This document shows positions 12,103-24,046 of a stretch of 64,000 nucleotides of DNA, in pieces. Under the pieces are notes generated by a model. It saw only the letters and a program-made list of their open reading frames with translations, was not told the origin of the DNA and did not search any database. Positions within the stretch are counted from its first letter, which is position 1. Every line of letters begins with the position of its first letter. The stretch covers positions 218,736,001-218,800,000 of the forward strand of contig OZ024741.1 in the NCBI GenBank assembly GCA_964016885.1, read 5' to 3'. The DNA comes from Eledone cirrhosa. Its lineage: Eukaryota. Position numbers and translations under genes: made by a program.

Positions 12103-12230
12103 CTAATTACAATACACACACTCACACACACACACACATATATATATATGTGTGTGTATATAAATATATATACACGCACCTACAATACACACATAGACAC
12201 TTATATACATATACACACACATTCTATATC
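11268..12230. repeat. (TA)n/(CA)n compound microsatellites with recurring CACCTACAATACAC unit
   Basis: Direct reading. Confidence 0.9.
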
Positions 12231-12376
12231 CACATAGACACAGATGTGAATATATTTCCAGAGAAAAGAAAATTATGGTAGGCTAAAAATATAAAATGGA
12301 GGCCAGTAGAAACTAGAACATAATATATCCTATTTTTGACTGTTGGATATATATGGGAACATTGGAAATGGAATAT

Positions 12377-14820
12377 ACAGCTCACACCTATATAGGTATA
12401 GATGGTCTCCTGTGAGACTGTAGCTCATAGGAAGTTTCTAGGTTGTTTTAATGATAGAGGTCCCAGTGTTGTTACAGCTCACACCTATATAGGTATAGAT
12501 GGTCTCCTGTGAGACTGTAGCTCATAGGAAGTTTCTAGGTTGTTTTAATGATAGAGGTCCCAGTGTTGTTACAGCTCACACCTATATAGGTATAGATGGT
12601 CTCCTGTGAGACTGTAGCTCATAGGAAGTTTCTAGGTTGTTTTAATGATAGAGGTCCCAGTGTTGTTACAGCTCACACCTATATAGGTATAGATGGTCTC
12701 CTGTGAGACTGTAGCTCATAGGAAGTTTCTAGGTTGTTTTAATGATAGAGGTCCCAGTGTTGTTACAGCTCACACCTATATAGGTATAGATGGTCTCCTG
12801 TGAGACTGTAGCTCATAGGAAGTTTCTTGGTTGTTTTAATGATAGAGGTCTCAGTGTTGTTACAGCTCACACCTATATAGGTATAGATGGTCTCCTGTGA
12901 GACTGTAGCTCATAGGAAGTTTCTAGGTTGTTTTAATGATAGAGGTCCCAGTGTTGTTACAGCTCACACCTATATAGGTATAGATGGTCTCCTGTGAGAC
13001 TGTAGCTCATAGGAAGTTTCTTGGTTGTTTTAATGATAGAGGTCTCAGTGTTGTTACAGCTCACACCTATATAGGTATAGATGGTCTCCTGTGAGACTGT
13101 AGCTCATAGGAAGTTTCTAGGTTGTTTTAATGATAGAGGTCCCAGTGTTGTTACAGCTCACACCTATATAGGTATAGATGGTCTCCTGTGAGACTGTAGC
13201 TCATAGGAAGTTTCTAGGTTGTTTTAATGATAGAGGTCCCAGTGTTGTTACAGCTCACACCTATATAGGTATAGATGGTCTCCTGTGAGACTGTAGCTCA
13301 TAGGAAGTTTCTAGGTTGTTTTAATGATAGAGGTCCCAGTGTTGTTACAGCTCACACCTATATAGGTATAGATGGTCTCCTGTGAGACTGTAGCTCATAG
13401 GAAGTTTCTTGGTTGTTTTAATGATAGAGGTCTCAGTGTTGTTACAGCTCACACCTATATAGGTATAGATGGTCTCCTGTGAGACTGTAGCTCATAGGAA
13501 GTTTCTAGGTTGTTTTAATGATAGAGGTCCCAGTGTTGTTACAGCTCACACCTATATAGGTATAGATGGTCTCCTGTGAGACTGTAGCTCATAGGAAGTT
13601 TCTAGGTTGTTTTAATGATAGAGGTCCCAGTGTTGTTACAGCTCACACCTATATAGGTATAGATGGTCTCCTGTGAGACTGTAGCTCATAGGAAGTTTCT
13701 AGGTTGTTTTAATGATAGAGGTCCCAGTGTTGTTACAGCTCACACCTATATAGGTATAGATGGTCTCCTGTGAGACTGTAGCTCATAGGAAGTTTCTAGG
13801 TTGTTTTAATGATAGAGGTCCCAGTGTTGTTACAGCTCACACCTATATAGGTATAGATGGTCTCCTGTGAGACTGTAGCTCATAGGAAGTTTCTAGGTTG
13901 TTTTAATGATAGAGGTCCCAGTGTTGTTACAGCTCACACCTATATAGGTATAGATGGTCTCCTGTGAGACTGTAGCTCATAGGAAGTTTCTAGGTTGTTT
14001 TAATGATAGAGGTCCCAGTGTTGTTACAGCTCACACCTATATAGGTATAGATGGTCTCCTGTGAGACTGTAGCTCATAGGAAGTTTCTAGGTTGTTTTAA
14101 TGATAGAGGTCTCAGTGTTGTTACAGCTCACACCTATATAGGTATAGATGGTCTCCTGTGAGACTGTAGCTCATAGGAAGTTTCTAGGTTGTTTTAATGA
14201 TAGAGGTCCCAGTGTTGTTACAGCTCACACCTATATAGGTATAGATGGTCTCCTGTGAGACTGTAGCTCATAGGAAGTTTCTAGGTTGTTTTAATGATAG
14301 AGGTCCCAGTGTTGTTACAGCTCACACCTATATAGGTATAGATGGTCTCCTGTGAGACTGTAGCTCATAGGAAGTTTCTAGGTTGTTTTAATGATAGAGG
14401 TCCCAGTGTTGTTACAGCTCACACCTATATAGGTATAGATGGTCTCCTGTGAGACTGTAGCTCATAGGAAGTTTCTAGGTTGTTTTAATGATAGAGGTCC
14501 CAGTGTTGTTACAGCTCACACCTATATAGGTATAGATGGTCTCCTGTGAGACTGTAGCTCATAGGAAGTTTCTAGGTTGTTTTAATGATAGAGGTCTCAG
14601 TGTTGTTACAGCTCACACCTATATAGGTATAGATGGTCTCCTGTGAGACTGTAGCTCATAGGAAGTTTCTAGGTTGTTTTAATGATAGAGGTCCCAGTGT
14701 TGTTACAGCTCACACCTATATAGGTATAGATGGTTTCCTGTGAGACTGTAGCTCATAGGAAGTTTCTAGGTTGTTTTAATGATAGAGGTCCCAGTGTTGT
14801 TACAGCTCACACCTATATAG
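12377..14820. repeat. 97-bp satellite, 25 near-identical units
   Basis: Unit ACAGCTCACACCTATATAGG...CCCAGTGTTGTT starts at 12377, 12474 ... 14802; degenerate relatives continue to ~15855. Confidence 0.97.
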
Positions 14821-15187
14821 CTTTAATGGCCTCCCATTAGGTTGTAGGTCAAAAGAGGTTTATTGGGTATTTTAATGATAGGGGTCCCCAGACCTATCAT
14901 GTTGTTGTCACAGCTCACACCTATGTAGGTATAGATGGCCTCCTATGAGGTTTATTGGGTATTTTAATGATAGGGGTCCCTAGTGTTGTTGTTATAGCTC
15001 AAACCTCTGTAGGGCCTCCTATGTGGTTGTAACTCATTGGAAGTTTGCGTGTTTTAATGATTGGTACCCCAATCCTATCATGTTGTTGTCACAGCTCAAA
15101 CCTATGTAGGTTTAGATGACCTACTACAAGGTTGTGTCGTATAGTAAGTTTCTTGTGTGTTTTAATAAGGCTCCCCAGTACTGTTAC

Positions 15188-15537
15188 AGCTCACACTTAT
15201 GTGGGTCAAGTTGGCCTCATATTAGGCTGTAGCTCACACTTATGTGGGTCAAGTTGGCCTCATATTAGGCTGTAGCTCACACTTATGTGGGTCAAGTTGG
15301 CCTCATATTAGGCTGTAGCTCACACTTATGTGGGTCAAGTTGGCCTCATATCAGGCTGTAGCTCACACTTATGTGGGTCAAGTTGGCCTCATATCAGGCT
15401 GTAGCTCACACTTATGTGGGTCAAGTTGGCCTCATATCAGGCTGTAGCTCACACTTATGTGGGTCAAGTTGGCCTCATATCAGGCTGTAGCTCACACTTA
15501 TGTGGGTCAAGTTGGCCTCATATTAGGCTGTAGCTCA
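15188..15537. repeat. 43-bp tandem repeat, 8 units, derived from the first half of the 97-bp unit
   Basis: AGCTCACACTTATGTGGGTCAAGTTGGCCTCATATYAGGCTGT starting 15188, 15231, 15274 ... 15532. Confidence 0.95.
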
Positions 15538-16265
15538 GGAAGTTTCTCATGTGTTTAATGATAGTGGTCTCTGGTATTGTTACAGCTCACACTTATGTGG
15601 GTCCAGTATTATTACAGCTGACCCCTTTAATGATAGAGGGCCCCAGCCCAATCATGTTGTTGTTACATCTCACTCCTAAGTAGGTTTAGTTGGCCCCCTA
15701 CTAGGTTGTATCTCACAGGTTGCTCAGGTGTTTTGCTGATACAGTCCCAGTCCTATGTAGATCTAGCTGGTCTCCTATGAAGTTGTATCTCATAGGTTTC
15801 TTGGGTGTTTTAATGAAAGAGGCCCGAGCCCTATTATGTTGTTGTTAAAGCTCTCGAAACAAAGCATCTTGCTCAAGGAGACAACACACCAGGAATCAAA
15901 CCCACAACGTTATGATCATTAGTCCAACACTGTTAAATAGTAACTAATAGTTACTGCTCTATATTGAAGGATTATGTTAAGGGTATATGTGTCTGTGGAA
16001 TACTCAGCCACATACACTGCAGTTTAATGTCTGATACAATCTGGCTGAAACCCTATTCAATAGATATGATGGTGGTGGTGGTGATAGTGGTAGTAGTGGT
16101 TATGTTAGCGGTGGTGGTGATAATGGGGGTGATGGCAGTGGTGGTGGTGGTGGTAGTGGTGGTAGTGGTGGTAGTGGTGGTGCATGGATATAGCACTTTT
16201 AGCTAACCACAATATATCCATTGTAATTTAATAGCCGTCGAAATGCCGTCGGAGTTAAACATTTT

Positions 16266-16318
<53 letters not shown>

Positions 16319-16378
16319 TCATCATCATCATCATCATTTTACGTCCGCTTTTCCCTGCTTGCAATATATATATATATA

Positions 16379-16501
16379 TTAGTTTTGCGAGGTTTTTGAT
16401 ATGAAATCGTGTGTCGAAACAAATATTGTTATACTTTGACCCTCCCCAAGTATAACAATATTTGTTTCGACACACGATTTCATATCAAAAAGCTCGCAAA
16501 A

Positions 16502-16505
<4 letters not shown>
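16379..16505. repeat. Near-perfect palindrome (58-bp arms, 11-nt loop) inside (TA)n
   Basis: 16379-16436 vs 16448-16505 with one mismatch; centre is the GACCCTCCCCAAGTATAACAATAT motif that ends the Penelope copies. Confidence 0.9.
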
Positions 16506-16546
<41 letters not shown>

Positions 16547-16585
16547 GATATTAATAAATGGAAACTATATTTATAAAACCATATT

Positions 16586-16650
16586 TATTTCATTATACAT
16601 ATTTCAGGGATACCACATTAAATTATGGTATGCCTTCATCAGACAAAATA
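16586..16650 (-). ncRNA. Minimal type I hammerhead motif (left arm)
   Basis: Exact reverse complement of 16751-16815. Confidence 0.7.
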
Positions 16651-16750
16651 CAATATATAACAGTTTTACAAATAGGTTTGACGTACCCTTTAAAATACAA
16701 CCATTACTTTTGGAAGCTGTCAAACCTATTTGTAAAACTGTTATATATTG

Positions 16751-16815
16751 TATTTTGTCTGATGAAGGCATACCATAATTTAATGTGGTATCCCTGAAAT
16801 ATGTATAATGAAATA
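16751..16815 (+). ncRNA. Minimal type I hammerhead motif (right arm)
   Basis: TATTTTGT-CTGATGA-AGGcATACCATAatttaaTGTGGTATcCCT-GAAA-TATGTA-TA/ATGAAATA; helix II differs in sequence from the 3.5-kb and 24-kb copies but still pairs. Confidence 0.75.
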
Positions 16816-17292
16816 AATATGGTTTTATAAATATAGTTTCCATTTATTAATATCGTATATCTACTCCAAAAATTTGTTGAGTGCTTTATATCAGTTATAA
16901 TAATATTTGCTTGTTGTATCCCAACAACTTTAAATAGAACTTTTGCATATATATATATTAGGTATATTCGAGTTCTGCAAGTAATTGTGAATTTGCACGT
17001 AGCGCAACTAGGCTGCAGTACCACCGTGGAAACACTTGTAAGCACACGGAATAAATTACCTTTTTATGATGTCTACCTGTTATTATTCATTCTTTATATA
17101 TATATATATATATATATATTGCAAGCAGGGAAAAGCGGACGTAAAATGATGATGATGATGATGATATATATATAGTATAAAGTAAACGAAAAATCAGTGA
17201 TGCATCTGGAATTAATTTATTGCATGTTACAATTGTTTTGCCTGCAGGTAGCTCGAGACATGGTCCTTGTATGGATCCGGCTGATTCTACTT

Positions 17293-17520
17293 ATAATAAT
17301 AATAATGAAATTATTGTGTACAGTGCTCAGGTGCACTACAACTCATCAAAGGTGCATGTATAGTACATAGAATAATGTACAAATGTCAGGAAAATGAACA
17401 GTGTATGAGTCATGATATAATAACAACAATAATGAAATATTGTGTACAGTGCCCAGGTGCACCACAACTCATCAAAAAAGTGCATGTATAGTACATAGGG
17501 CAATGCACAAACATCTTTCA
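17293..17520. repeat. Two tandem copies of a dispersed short repeat (unclassified LINE/SINE tail)
   Basis: AATGAAATTATTGTGTACAGTGCTCAGGTGCACTACAACTCATCAAA at ~17303 and ~17430; reverse-complement copies at ~46360-46425 and ~59505-59540. Confidence 0.65.
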
Positions 17521-18176
17521 GACACGAGTTTGGAGCAAATTTTATCACTGGGGTGTTATCATCAAAAAACACCCTCCAAAAAACACCTACTTCCACTCTT
17601 GTCATACCATTGGCTGTTTTTACTCCATGTCATCACAGGTTCTGGTCAGTATTTACTGCCACACGGGTCATCAGCCATTTTCCGTCTGACACATTTCGAT
17701 GGAGTCATGCTGGGTTCAGCATCTCACACGTCTGTTCACACTTCAGAGTAAGCACCCACACATACTAATATACACACACATACACACACACAGGCAGACA
17801 CCGACAGATTTATGCATACACACACGTACCCCCACATACATATATGTATATATACACACACACACTCCCTCACTTCCACAGACCCAGTCACACCCACTTG
17901 TAGATACATATCGCCACAAGCCTTATGTCGGCTGCTTAATTCGCACCGTGTATCTGATCATGGTCAACTCAAACATACAACTATATACATACATACACCC
18001 AACCTTATATACATTTATATATCTATATATACATTTATATATCTATATATACATTTATATATCTATATATATACACTCATACACACACATATATACATAC
18101 ACACATACATACACATACATACATATACACACACACATGTATATACATATATATATATACATACACATACATATAT

Positions 18177-18210
<34 letters not shown>

Positions 18211-18280
18211 CTACTCACTCATGCCCACACATACATACAAAATACGCATACGTACATAAACATTATATGCACACGTACAT

Positions 18281-18313
<33 letters not shown>

Positions 18314-18886
18314 CACACAAAAAAACAACAACCTAACATGCATATGCACAACCACATATATACATACATATACCTACGCATATGCCGACATATATACATC
18401 TACATATGCATAAGCACACGTACTGCCACATGCATACACCTGCATATATGCATATTTGCCTACACACACATGTGCTTCCACATATACAAATATAAACAAA
18501 ACCGTAAATTAAAAGTTAAAAATATATTATACAATAAAAAACAATATACCATAAACTAACGGTAAATTACTGTAACATAAAATATAATATATAAAATAAA
18601 ATATACAATATGATATATATATATATATATATATCTCCCCATATATACATATATATACATATACACACACACACACATGTACACAGATTCATACATACAT
18701 ATACGGATATATACAAGGGATATGTGATAAAGTAATACAACAGGAATAATAGTAATAATAAAAAGCATATATACTCCATATATAATCATCCGCTCACATT
18801 CCTGTGAGATGCACTAAACACCTACATGTATGCACAAATACACATACACACATACAGAGGCCCACATATGCATACACCCGCACCTG

Positions 18887-18930
<44 letters not shown>

Positions 18931-19171
18931 TATATATACACACTTACTCACCCACACACACACACACCTACTCATATGTGGCTCTACATAGATACGCACA
19001 CATATATAGACATACATACATATATTCATATATACACATATATATATATATACACATACACACACATTCTGCCACATATGTACATACCTGCACATGTCTG
19101 CACATACACGCGCACATAAGCTCATGCACACACGCACCCATGCCCATATACACCCCCCCGCACACACCCAC

Positions 19172-19207
<36 letters not shown>

Positions 19208-19525
19208 CTACACACCCACACACATACATATACCTACGCACAGGTCCACACATAAAAAACACGCGAATATAAACACAATATGATAATAAAGCAAAATAAA
19301 TAAACAAATTTACAATATTTTAGGGTACATTAAATCTGTATGTAACGGCATAAATAGGTAGAAGAAAAAAAGGGGTAAAATAAAAAAACGGGTAAAATAA
19401 AAAAACAGGGGGGAGGTACAGGAGAAGGTGCGTGTGTCCATGCGATATACTACACACAGGTAGTAAAAGATGCAAACTTGTGTCCGTGTATAGAACAGGT
19501 AACAGTAACAGAACAATAATAGAAC

Positions 19526-19719
19526 AATAATTGTTTCTACTTTAGGCACAAGGCCAGCAATTACTCAGTGCATTACTGGTACTTTATTTTATCGACCCCG
19601 TAAGGATGAAAGGCAAAGTCAACCTCGGCGGGATTTGAACTCAGATCATAAAGGGACGTAACTCTATGCTGTAAAGCATGGCGTCCGACCCTCTACCGAT
19701 ACTGCCAATCCACCGCCCT
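19526..19719 (-). mobile_element. SINE family S1 full copy
   Basis: Reverse complement of the 8658-8850 and 46439-46635 pattern. Confidence 0.85.
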
Positions 19720-19759
19720 AATAATAGAACAATAATGATAGTAATAATCATTGTTCCAA

Positions 19760-21275
19760 AGTGGAACAGTATATAGTCACGATTGACGGGGTATACATTC
19801 AAGTGGACGCCCGGCCCGGTTGCCATGGGGCATAGCTCCGTGGCTGGGGTGTGCTGTTCTATATGTTTAGGGCACAGGACCGGGCGGCACTGAGCCCCGT
19901 GGTAGCCGGTCCCGACCCAAGTGATGTATCTTCCAATGTTGTGTGCTCGGTCAGGTGCGTCCCTGGCTTACATATGTTTGCCTCACGGGTCGCACACTGT
20001 CATCATGGCATGGCGTCAGGTCCCCTAATCCCGTTGGACCAATCGGGTCTGTGCTTACCCGTTCCCGTGCCCCCTGGCTGCGTCACCCAGAGGATTCCAT
20101 GCTGCAAATGTGCATCTTCTCTGGTGTCTGCATGTCATGATAATTTCAGACTTCAGGTTGACGGCGTCATCCTTCAGTCTGACTATCTCCATGGCCTCGT
20201 GTAGGCACAATCGGCACGTTCTACTTCTGGCCGAATATGCCTTCGCGTGGTGAACGATACTCCATTCCAGGTCCCACACCAGGTCTGCTAACCTAGTGGA
20301 GTGCCTTTTGCTACGGTCCCTGAAGGAATTTGTGTGATTATACATCCGCGATTTAAAGGTCGTGGATGTTGCGCCGATGTAGGTGTGATGCGCGTTTTGG
20401 GTTGTAACCACACACTTGTATATTAAGTCTTTCATCAAGCATTTTCCCTGTAGGGGCACCGGGTGCCCGCTCTACAGTTACAAGTTCTGCTGTCAGTTCT
20501 TGTGCATCCGATGTCCGGGCCTCGATCTGTTATGGCCCTCTCAAGGTTCTCAGGGTGTTGTACCACCGACACTGTGGTCTCCCCCATGCCACTATTTCCC
20601 TCTCGGTGCTGGACCAGAGCGCCCTCCGCGGGCGCTCTGGTCGCCTCGGGGGCCGGGTTGTCATTTGAGGGCAGGTCCCTGGTTGGTTTTCCGCGCTCCG
20701 AAAGACGGTCACTCTGTCGCCGCGGTTGATGGCTAGTGTGCGCCATCTTCACCACGTTAGTTTTCGCCATGTAGTCGACCATATTAGGTGCTGTGGAGAA
20801 GGAAAATTTCACCGTGTGGCGGTTGAAGATTTTGTGGTACTTGTTTGTCGGCGGAAAGTACTCATCCAGCGCTCGGAAGAAAAGTCCTGGCACGTTCGTG
20901 CGTACATGTTTGGAGTAAGGCGCATTGAACCAGGTAACGGCATTAGATCTGTTCCTTCGTGTGCGTGGATTCTTGTTGCTCTGTCTAAGGTTCGATGTCC
21001 GTCCAGTGCTCGGCCCAACCACAATTTCGTCCCGTGTGTTGTCATCTATAAGTCTATTCCCCTTAGTTCTATGTGATGCTGTTGTCGGTACTGTAGCTCT
21101 ACAACCAGGGTGGTTGTGCTCCGTGGTGTGTGCCCCGTTCCTATTTGTCGAAGTCCTGTCCATGGTCCCAGTTGGCGCGGAGTATGCAGTGTGCGTGCCA
21201 GGCCCATGCCTCCGCGTACTGTGTGGTCTGGCTCCTATGGGTGCCTTAGTCCTACCTCGGGTCTGTCCTGTGTCA
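19760..21275 (-). mobile_element. Penelope-like element 3' fragment, second lineage (WFNxP / CNCR..CPL.GKC type), frameshifted near 20450
   Basis: VTWFNAPYSK..TN....KIFNRHTVKFSFS..PNM, CNCR...CPLQGKC, LIYKCVV...YIGATSTTFKSR..NH, CRLCLHE, VNLKSE..TCRH (GIY-YIG with Cys-rich linker); clade name not assignable by eye. Confidence 0.88.
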
Positions 21276-21289
21276 TATATGTATATATG

Positions 21290-21329
<40 letters not shown>

Positions 21330-21364
21330 TATATGAAGTAATTCTGTCAGAAAGGTAGGTACAA

Positions 21365-21402
<38 letters not shown>

Positions 21403-21406
21403 TATA

Positions 21407-21444
<38 letters not shown>

Positions 21445-21666
21445 TATATGCATATATATATATATATATATATATGCATATATGCATATATATATATGTA
21501 TATATATATATTGTTATACTTTGGGAGGGTCATGTTGCCAATAAGAAACACACGCACCAGTTGCTTTCACTTCAATTTAATTTATTATATATTTATAAAT
21601 TTACAAATTTATAAATTTCTGGTTGGTTGGTTGGTTCCACAACCAGATAGTTGTTTATATATATAT

Positions 21667-21711
21667 AGTCATAGTTCTTTCGTCACACACTCTGTGACCT
21701 CTTCAGTGACT
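21667..21711 (-). ncRNA. Minimal type I hammerhead ribozyme in Penelope pseudo-LTR
   Basis: Minus strand: AGTCA-CTGAAGA-gGTCACAgagtgTGTGAC-GAAA-GAAC-TA/TGACT; perfect 5-bp helix I and 6-bp helix II, about 300 nt downstream of the ORF stop. Confidence 0.8.
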
Positions 21712-21757
21712 GGGGATTTCTTTCTTCGTTTCTGTGCCTTTCCTTTCTTCTATCCTA

Positions 21758-21813
21758 CGCCATTTTGTTTGTGTGTGGGTTGCGTGCTCAGTTTGCGCAT
21801 GCGCCACATCCGG
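21758..21813 (-). promoter_or_regulatory. Candidate pseudo-LTR promoter motifs (ETS-like CCGGATGT, NRF1-like GCGCATGCGCA, YY1-like AAAATGGCG)
   Basis: Motif matches by eye; same NRF1-like then YY1-like order at 5409-5474 (+) and 51191-51263 (-). Confidence 0.4.
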
Positions 21814-23213
21814 GTGTCTGTGTGTGTTTGTGTTCATTTTTCTATTTTTCTATTTATATTTGTTTGTTTATTTATTTATTTATTGTTGGTTGTTTGTTTG
21901 TTCTATGTGTGTGTGTGTTTTCATTTTGTCTTGTGTGTGTTTTCATTTTGTGTGTGTTTTCAATTGTAAGTTGTTTGTTCTATGTGTGTGTGTGTTTTCA
22001 TTTTGTCCTTAATTGTAAGTTGTGATGTTGCTGTTCCACTCATATTTTCTATTTAATTTTGGTTTTAATTCTTTTATGCTTACTGCCTCTGTAATTTGCC
22101 TAAACATTGCGTCTTTCTTGTGTGTGGATTCTATTTTTATTTCTATGCTCTCTAATTTACCCCTGTGTTCTATCTTAGCATGTTGGTAGAGCACAGATGA
22201 TTCTTTACTATCTTGGAGGTCTCGCCAGTGTTCATTTATTCGTTCCCCTATACTACGAGCTGTCTCACCTATGTACACTATATTTTTGTTTCTACATTGT
22301 CCTTCAGTACATCTTATGCTATATACTACATTTCTAGTTTTACAGTTAATATGGGGGCTTATTTTACAGGTTATACATTTCTTATCTATACATGAGGGTC
22401 TTTGGAACGGGTATGTCTTGCTAATAAGTGTTTTTACGGAGGTACCAGGTCTTTCTACTATCTTAATATTGAGATTATGTTTCTTTAGGGCCCTTCTAAA
22501 TTTGTAGGCTAGTTCGCCTCTAGGGGTTGTATTGATGAACATTACACTCTGGTATTTATTGCTATCATACCATGAGTTTATTCTATTGGCCTTGTTCTTA
22601 GTTCTTTCTATTCTATTCCAAAATTTGCTCCTATACAAGGGGCAGGTCCCATTTATGTCATTATTTACCATTTTTTCCCATTTGGTTCTGGCTCCTTTAT
22701 ACACTCTGATTCTATCTCTCTGGTTGTAGCCAGAGAACTGCATACGGTGGATGAAGTGTTGTATGTGTCTCTCTAGTTCTTCGGGGTTGCACATGCGGGA
22801 CACATTTCTCATCACCCGTACCAAATCCGCAATCAGTATGTTGATTTTGGTATGGTCCGAAATGGCCGAGTTTCGGTGGATCAGATGTTTGGAAGTCATG
22901 GGTTTGGCATAATGGGAATGGAGGATTTGTTTTTGGTTGTTAATAGTATCTAACCAGAGCTCTGTGTCTAGTACAGGTAATCGATGGTTGGGGTGTCTAC
23001 TTGGGTAGTCTATAGTAACTCTAATGCTCTGGTGGATGGAGTTTGCTATTTGCTGGATGCTTTCCATTGTGTTTTTCTCTGGTTCCTGACTGTTCTTTAG
23101 TGGGGGTGTCTTAACTACGATGTTTATATCATCTACGTAGCGGGAGTACGTTATCAGGGTTAAGCATATGTATATATATATATGCATACATACATATATA
23201 TATATATATATTT

Positions 23214-23901
23214 GTGAGACCTGGGCATTGTGTGCAGAGGATATACGCAGACTGGAGAGGAACGAAGCTTGCATGCTCCGCTGGATGTGTAATACGTGAA
23301 CGGCAAAGCATAAACGAACTAAGGGAAAAATTAGAAATAAGAGGGATCAGATGTTGTTTACTCGAGAGAAGACTATGTTGGTATGGTCACATAATGCGCA
23401 TGAAAGACGACAGCTGTATAAAAAAGTGCAGGGCAATAAAAATAGACGGTAGCCACGGGGTAGGCAGACCCAGATCTTTGGCGCTACACAGTAATAGAGA
23501 AGACCCGCCTTACCTAAGTGCAAAGTGAAACCTACTACAGTCAGTAGGCACCTCTAACAAAATACACCCCCGTCCCACTACCCCCACCCCATCCACACCA
23601 CCCCTTTCAATGTAAAGTTATGTTGGTGCCACACCATCCAGGCCGAAACAAATGAGGTCGTGTAGGTGTCACGACAAAAAAACACACAGACCACGCTGTA
23701 ATGTGGCCGTGTAGGCAACACGGTAAAAACCACCCAGTCCACACTGTAAACATGGTTGGTGTTAGGAAGGGCATCCAGCCGTAGAAAACCCGCCAGACAG
23801 TCCTATACGAGCAAGACAACCACTCTTGCTTCAAGTGGGAAAACTCCCGTCCAAACCCATGCAAGCGTGGAATATGGACGTTAAACGATGATGATGATGA
23901 T
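23214..23901 (+). mobile_element. RTE LINE 3' fragment with deletions
   Basis: ERQSINELREKLEIRGIRCCLLERRLCWYGH...VGRPR; 3'UTR and (GAT)n. Confidence 0.88.
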
Positions 23902-24046
23902 ATATATAAGCAAAAGGGATATTTAATTTATTGGTAATTCAACAAATATAAATGTTTATAAGTGATTTGTAGCACTCAACAAGTTTTCTGGAGTATAATA
24001 TTCAACAATATTAAATAAATGGAAACTATATTTATAAAACCATATT

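Larger units (their letters stand above)
16541..16960. mobile_element. Fold-back hammerhead element, family A copy 2 (142-bp identical arms, 36-bp spacer)
   Basis: 16541-16682 is the reverse complement of 16719-16860; right arm extends with sequence homologous to 3411-3470. Confidence 0.85.
21510..23166 (-). mobile_element. Penelope-like element, 5'-truncated, open from the RT catalytic motif through GIY-YIG, plus pseudo-LTR
   Basis: RYVDD, LPVLD, YAKPM, HRMQFSGY, CIDKKCITC, NCKTRNVVYSIRC..YIGETARS, LNRKYE; about 385 codons without a stop; (TA)n at both ends. Confidence 0.93.

Noticed and set aside
12377-14820. 97-bp array as a CRISPR or tandem ribozyme array
   Set aside because: No unique spacers, no cas genes, eukaryotic context, and no CTGANGA core on either strand
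16558-16843. Twin 79-aa ORFs on opposite strands
   Set aside because: By-product of the palindrome; AT-rich with no homology recognised
19960-20020. Hammerhead downstream of the 20-kb Penelope (ATGATGA...CAAACATATGTA, minus); also GACGAAACATATGTC at ~26803-26818 (minus)
   Set aside because: Core nucleotides mutated or 5' half missing; possible remnants but not supportable as features
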